In this document: positions 57,299 to 64,000 of the stretch, piece by piece
Position numbering within the stretch: position 1 is the first letter of the stretch
Layout of the letters: the number at the start of each line of letters is the position of its first letter
Source: Camelus ferus
Taxonomy: Eukaryota
Assembly (NCBI RefSeq): GCF_009834535.1
Contig: NC_045711.1
Coordinates: forward strand, 37,634,001 to 37,698,000
DNA: 64,000 nt
Direction: 5' to 3'
The notes under the pieces: model-generated
What the model saw: the letters and a program-made list of their open reading frames with translations, nothing else
What the model was told of the DNA's origin: nothing
Database searches by the model: none
Made by a program: the position numbers and the translations under genes

Positions 57299-58889
57299 GT
57301 CCTTAGAGAGGAGAAAAAGAAACTTCACAACAAGAGGTGAAAAAGATATCTTTTGAAAAAGTGGCTCTCTACTCAGAAAATTCCATGGTGTGAAATAGAG
57401 TGACAGTGTTTAGGATTATTCCACTGGTTCCCAGGGGCCAACTGCCCAGTACTCAAGAGAAGTCAAGGCTGGAAGACAACTGTTCCCCACTCAGCAGGAT
57501 GCTCTGCAGACCCACTGTGACTCCTCTCGTTCATACACCCCAGCCCATCCTGCCTCAGACGCAGAGGAGTGAGGCTTCCTCTCTCCACCTCCTCAGCGTG
57601 CTCGTGTTCCTGCTCCCATCACAGATTATCACAACACCCGCTGCTAACAGGTCCTCATCTGGATGTGGCCTTTTCCACTTACCACCAATGCCTCTCCTTG
57701 GTCCTGCTCCCGTATATCCCAGCCCCCATAACAGAAGGCTCTACACAGAGAGAAACACTATGTCCACGCTGGCTCTCTGGCTAACATTTGGGCAGAGATC
57801 TGGGGTGTAGGTTAATAAGAGATTTGCCAGGCTGTATGCTAATGTGGAATATTCAAGAAATCAATGGAATAATACTTGGAAGTCCTAAAATGCAGAAGGG
57901 AAAAAGCAACTTTTGTCAGATGCCTACTTTGCTTTCATTTTATTTAACTCCTAGTATTTCCAGATTTACTTGGGGACCCATCAAAAGCTTCTGACTGTGT
58001 TAAGGTCATGTGTACCACTGTGCAGCTGGGTCTCTCTTCCAGAAGGATTTAAAGTACTTTTGGTGGTGGTGGTTAGGGTCAGAGGAGGAGGTGTGAGGGT
58101 CAGAGGAAGAGGTGAAGGGTCATGAGAAAGGAGGAACAAGAGCTCGCAGACAGCCCCAAACTGGGGACAGGAGATCTAGGCACTAGGCCTCAGCGCTTCA
58201 CACCTCTGATCTTGCTTTGCTCACCTGTAAAAGGAGGGAGATTAAAAATGCCTGTTCTGCCAACTTCTGGGGGAGAAGGGAGTAATATTGGTAAAAAAAA
58301 GTTTGGAAAATAAGCAACATTTTTATGTAAGTAGCAAAATGTAATTATTTATAATGTGCTTCAGATCATTGATAGAGACCAGTATTCAAGCTGTTCTGTG
58401 CATGAAAGCACTTTTTGGAAGTCGTCAAGTTACGTGCCAATAAATCTAATGTATAGAGAGAAAGCCTTGAAAGCATCTGAGTGTTTTGTGGATAGAAATG
58501 CTTGAGATTCAGAGCAAGTTCAGAGCTGGACAGTCTAAGAATAAAAGAGCCATCCCATCCACTGGAAAGGCTAGGTAGCAGCTTCTGGTTACAGAACCAG
58601 AAACTCTAAGGCTCCAAATAAAACATAAACCACCACCACTTGCATTCTTTTATAAAACTGAAAAAGAAACAAAATAAATACAAATATATTTACACCCGCC
58701 CTATAAGGCAAAGGGTACTTGAGACCTAATGGATATTAAATCAGTTTACAAACTGTGGTGCACTTACATGAATAAATTCTCATTTGGGGGTAACGCATCA
58801 AGCAGAGAGCACAGTATACAATATGTGGCCCTGAATGGTCATTCCCTTCCCGCTTCCATGCCTTTCTCTTGTTCCTCTATGTATGTGGA

Positions 58890-58948
58890 TCAGTTACATT
58901 ATTAAGCTGACAGTAACTGAGGCATTATGAGCTTAATAATGTAACTGA
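58890..58948. repeat. Perfect 19-bp inverted repeat with 21-nt spacer
   Basis: TCAGTTACATTATTAAGCT (58890-58908) is the exact reverse complement of AGCTTAATAATGTAACTGA (58930-58948). Confidence 0.95.
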
Positions 58949-59073
58949 GAATCTGACTTTTAGCAAGGGAGTAGTTCTTAGAAATTTAGGGAGGTAAAAT
59001 TCTGAATGAATGAATAAAAATAGTTCAATTACATCGTTAGTTTAAAATTTTTATCATCACTGATTAAAAATTA

Positions 59074-59253
<180 letters not shown>

Positions 59254-59869
59254 TTAGTGGTAAAAGAGTGACTTGAGTAGGGAGGCAGGCCAAGGCCACC
59301 AAAGGGCAGTGCGAAAATGAGTTCTTGGGGCATATGGCCTGGAGAATTGGATATGGACCAATTGGCCAATTGCTGCTTTTAACTGTTATAAATAAATACA
59401 GAGGAGGACGGAAGTGCCCAACAGCAGGGTAAGGATGGCAGTGGCTGTCAGTGTGCCTAGGAAAAAGGTGATAGGGATTAGAATTGGGTGACACTGCTCT
59501 GTAGTTTAATTCAGAAGTATCTCCTCCCAACCCAAAAGTCTAACTTTGAGTTGAGAGTACACAGGAAGAGGGCAGACTTCTAAGAGGAGTCTGAGTAAGT
59601 CCCCAACTTCTGGAGTCCCTTTCTCAATTCCTAGTTGTGAGTAGGAAATGTATCAGAAATCGCTCTGGGAATTAAAAAACACTTTGTGGTTAATGACAGA
59701 GATTACATTGGCCAACTCTGGACAATCTAAACATTCAAGAGAAAAACAATGAGATAAAACAATTAATTTAAAGCAGAGCATATGAGTTTAGAATAATATT
59801 CGACATTGGGGGAGCATTTTATAGAACAATGCTAGCTAATAATGTCGAAGGAAAGACAGGATTGGGAAA

Positions 59870-61765
59870 GTGTCATTTTGCAACTACCAGTGTGACACAA
59901 CTCAGACCGGGATTATCACTGATGCACACTTGGGTGAAGAGTGTTTGAAAGTAGGATCTTCACTGATTCCAAAGTATCACCCCATAGATTATTTACTAAT
60001 TACCAAGGGAAAAGATAACTTTACAATGGAGAGATATGGAAGATATCACTTTAATCAAGTGGTCAAACTTAGCATCAGGCAACCTGAAGTGATGAAGTAG
60101 GAAGGATATATCGCCAGGATATCTATTCTTCCCCAAAATGCTTACTTTGAATCTAGACAAATTAAGATTGTGGGGCAATTTATAAGACAGCTGGCTTAGG
60201 CTCTTCAAAAATGCCAATGTCATAGAAGACGAAAAAAACAAACAAGCAAAAAACCAAAAACCAAAACAAAACAAAATAAACAGTAGGGAAATATTCTAGA
60301 TTAAAGGAAACAAAGGCATGACATGCAATACCTAATCTTTGATTGGACCCTGTACCAAGACAGAGTTAAGAATTCATTGACTTCTGGCCCAGATGAAGTA
60401 GCAGGGAACAATTTAACCTCTTATTTGAAACAATGTGGGGGGAAAAAAACCCAGATTAAATATATGAAACAGTTTTCAAGATATTGGACCTCTGGCAAGA
60501 AAGTTCAGTCATCCCCAAGAGATGGGAAATAAAAATGAAGTGATCCCTATGACTCCCCTAGTTTATTTCTTTGAGAGAGTTTCCAGGTCATGGTACAGGG
60601 AGGAGAAACTCAGGCAGACAAATGGAGGACTCCCTGACTGAGGAATTGGAATTGAGAGTCCAGGGAAATCAGGGTGACTAGTGTTCACAAAGCACAGCAC
60701 TAGAGAGAAAAGAGGTGCACAAAGAAGTCTGAAGATATGCAGAGGGATCTCCTGAGTATTCAACAAAGTACCGGGCAGTGCATGTGTGTGAGGAGTTACT
60801 TGAGGTCAGGAAAAGAACCACATGAAAGGATTAGTGATAAAGGATAACTGGATATGACACAGGGTTGGGAAGAGTACCCATTCCTACAAGCCAAATGCTC
60901 AGAAAAGTCTTATCTCAGTAGTTGTGAATAATGAGCTCTAGACTAAAGGCTACTCGTGGTCATACCTAACCCAAAAGGATAAAGTTGACTTCACCCAAAA
61001 CAAAGCTCAAACGTATTTCTAGGAATATAAAAATATGTACCACACAATAAACTAAAATTCACAATGCCTGGAATCAAATGAAAACTACCAAGCATGCAAA
61101 GGAGGAGGGAAATATGTGCCATATTGAGGAGACAAAGCCATCAATCAAAACTAACCCAAAATCTATACAGATTTTAGAATTAGCAGAACATGACATCGTA
61201 ATAGTTATTATAACAACTGGCATATGTTAAAAACCCAGATTAAAGACTGAAAATGTTAAGTATAGGCATGGAAGAGACAAAATAGCTTCCAGAGAGTAAA
61301 AACAATGTCTAAATGAAAAGGACACTGGATGGGATTAATGGTAGATTAGACACTGCAGAAGAATCAGTGAACATTAAGGAATTATCCAAAATGAAACACA
61401 AAGAGAAACAAAACAAATCAACAGAAATGAACAGGGCATCATTTGATGAGCTGTGCAACAACTTCAAGTGGCCTAATACATGTGTACTTAGAGTCCACGA
61501 AGGAGACATAGAAAAATTTGAAGAAATAACAGCCAAAAATTTTCCAAATTGGTAAACACGATAAATCCACAAAGCCAAGGTCAGTGAACATTAAACATGA
61601 GAAACATGCATAAAACTGAAACAAGGCACAAATCATAATCAAATTGCTCAAAGCCAGCAATAAGTAGAAACTCTTAAAAGAAGCCAGAGGGAAAAACTAT
61701 ACACTACATAAAGAGGAACAAAGATAACAGTGACAGCAGATTTCTTGTTGGAAACAATGTAAGCC
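59870..61765 (+). mobile_element. Old degraded L1 fragments (3'-UTR piece, then 5'/ORF1 remnant)
   Basis: A-rich L1-like text, e.g. GGGATTAATGGTAGATTAGACACTGCAGAAGAA and GATAACAGTGACAGCAGATTTCTTGTTGGAAACAATG (ORF1 C-terminal-like). Boundaries approximate. Confidence 0.6.
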
Positions 61766-63899
61766 TAAGCTATTTTGGGGAAATGAATTCCCTGTGGCTT
61801 CTTTTAAAATTTGCATCTTAAGTTACTGAAGAAATTTCAACAAGTTCCAAATAGTAGAAACTGATAATAAGTCAACATAAGCTTAAGATGGAAGATAATG
61901 CAAACAAATCATATCAAAAAGGTGATAAGGATGGCACATAAAAAAGAAACCATAGATAAACCTCATTGATAAATATGACTACGGAAGTCTAAATAAAACA
62001 ATTGGAAATCAACTTTAGTGTTTTACACTGGGATGGAAGTGTATTTCAATATTACCAGAGCTATTAATATAATAGGCACTGAAAAATCATTTGATTAAAA
62101 ATGAAAAGACATAGCTAATTATTAAAATATTATTAGCAAAACACAAATAGAAGGATAGTTGCTAAATATATACACCATCTTCTGCTGAAGCATTTTAAGG
62201 CTCTTTACTGCACTTAGAAGAAAATTTTAAAATTTTAACAAGGCTCGGAATGACCTGACCCCTGCTTACCTGTACAATCCCACATCTCACTACTCTCCTG
62301 TTCACTCCAGCCATACTGACCCATATTTAATTCCTTAAACACAACAAAGGCCCAGCTCAGCTCTTTTGTACATGCAACTCTCTTCCTGTAGTGCTCTCTG
62401 ATCAAGACTTCATAGACTGGCTTTTTTCATCCTTCACATCTCAAATAATAAAAACATGAAAATGTAAAGAGTTGTTATCTATCTCCATATAGTGGAATTC
62501 AATGTATCTTATTTATGTGTTCTCCCTTTTTATTTTTTTGAATTTTTTAAATTTGCATTTCTATATATTAGGCTTTCAAAAGGAAAAAAGACACATTAAG
62601 TTACTTTCATTGTTGCTATGCCTGAAATGTGCTTGATAAGAAGCAAAACATTGATCTCATGTTTCTCCCAAAATAGACAGTTGCCTCAATGCCATTTATT
62701 GACTAATACAAAATTTGTCTCCTAATAAACGTGGTCCCATAATAATCAACTATATCCTACAGGTTATTATTTGGTCTGCATCTGGAGTTTCTCTCCAGTT
62801 CTATTGATCTGTTTTTTCCAGCATCAGTACCACATTATTTCAGAGTCCTTTATATGTGGCAGAGGAGGTCTCCCCTTGCTCTCTCTTTTTCAACATCTCC
62901 TAACAGTTTCACACTTACTTTTAGATTAAACTTAGATGAGGTTTTCTTTCTTAAAATCCCTGTTAGAATTCTGACTTCAAACAAGTTCAAGTTTAGATTT
63001 GTTCAGTAGAACATGCACCTTTGGAATCTTAATATGCCTATCCATTTATCAAGTTTTTACTATACGCTTCAAGGCTGGAGAATTTAAAGGCCCTGACTGA
63101 TTTCTGTTAACATTTTTTAATGCACAGATTTTTTTAGTTGTCACTGTGGATGGGATTATTTCATATTATATTTTAATCTAATTATTCCCGATTATTATTT
63201 ACATAGAATAATAATAAAGAATCTTTCTTGAGTACTCACCGCAGGCCAGCTATTTGTGTTAAGCACTTTATTAGTTAATTGTACTCTCACCTCAACCCAT
63301 TTTTCCCATGAAGAAACAGGATCTTAAAGAGCTAGGTAACTTGCCTCAGGTTTCACAACTAGAAAGTGTTAGACCCCAGACTTAAATTCAAGTGCTTTGA
63401 AATTCCTTTTAATTTCTAGTAACATTTCAGTTGATTGTGTTAGACTTTCTGGACAGATCATCCTATCAGCAAATACTGATAATTTTTCCATTTCCCTTCC
63501 AATATTTTTACTTTTCCCCTTTGTTCAGTTGTATAACATCAGTTTCTTTTACTGCATATACTTGTTTTAAATATCATTTAGATCAATACAACATCATAAC
63601 ATACTAATCTTGTAAGCACTTCAAGAGGGTTGTAACATGATGTGATTTAAAATAAGACACAGGCATTATTCCTGTAATACTGACTATGCCCGATTAGAAC
63701 TTGCCTAGAATGACTAAGTCACATGAAGATTTTCCATGCTCTGTTTTGTGTCTCTTATACCAAAAACAAAGTATAAAGTTTAGCCTAAGATATTGTTAAT
63801 GATAAGAAAACAGTTGATTTTACTTACCTGAATGTCTTTAGTCAACTGAGGGCCCTTAGTAGACGTTTGTTGGTGCTGATGCTGCAGACAGTCAGAGAA

Positions 63900-64000
63900 A
63901 TGGATGGAGGCAACCAGAGTGGAGTCTCCGAGTTCCTGCTCCTGGGGCTCTCAGGGAGTCCTGAGCAGCAGCACAGCGGGTCCTGTTTTGGATGTTTCTG
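63900..64000 (+). pseudogene. Start of an OR1D-subfamily olfactory receptor gene, frameshifted (continues beyond window)
   Basis: MDGGNQSGVSEFLLLGLSGSPEQQ matches OR1D-type N-termini ([32 protein letters not shown]). The expected R-V-L-F-W-M-F-L follows only in another frame after an extra CACAG at ~63972. Confidence 0.8.

Overview
Mammalian genomic DNA, probably camelid (inferred from the tRNA-derived SINE consensus GGGGAGGGTATAGCTCAGTGGTAGAG... and cetartiodactyl-type L1 3' ends). The window is a mosaic of blocks that lie far apart on human chr17. Left to right: (i) a disabled LRRC37-family exon 1 (-), with orphan RDM1 and LYZL6 last exons upstream of it; (ii) a P3H4/FKBP10 block, where P3H4 (SC65, 8 exons, 444 aa) is intact but head-to-head FKBP10 is an unprocessed 10-exon pseudogene with at least 9 disabling lesions; neither usual neighbour (JUP, NT5C3B) was recognised; (iii) an intact LYZL6 (4 coding exons, 148 aa), a disabled RDM1 and a truncated LRRC37 5' stub (+); (iv) an AT/L1-rich stretch ending in a frameshifted OR1D-type olfactory receptor start. 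Block (i) is an inverted copy of block (iii) lacking about 9.8 kb. Also present: three solo ERV1-type LTRs with distinct 4-bp TSDs, several SINE/L1/DNA-transposon remnants, a 19-bp perfect hairpin and a 153-N gap. Reference protein sequences and human exon sizes were recalled from memory, not searched. Repeat family names are by-eye assignments.
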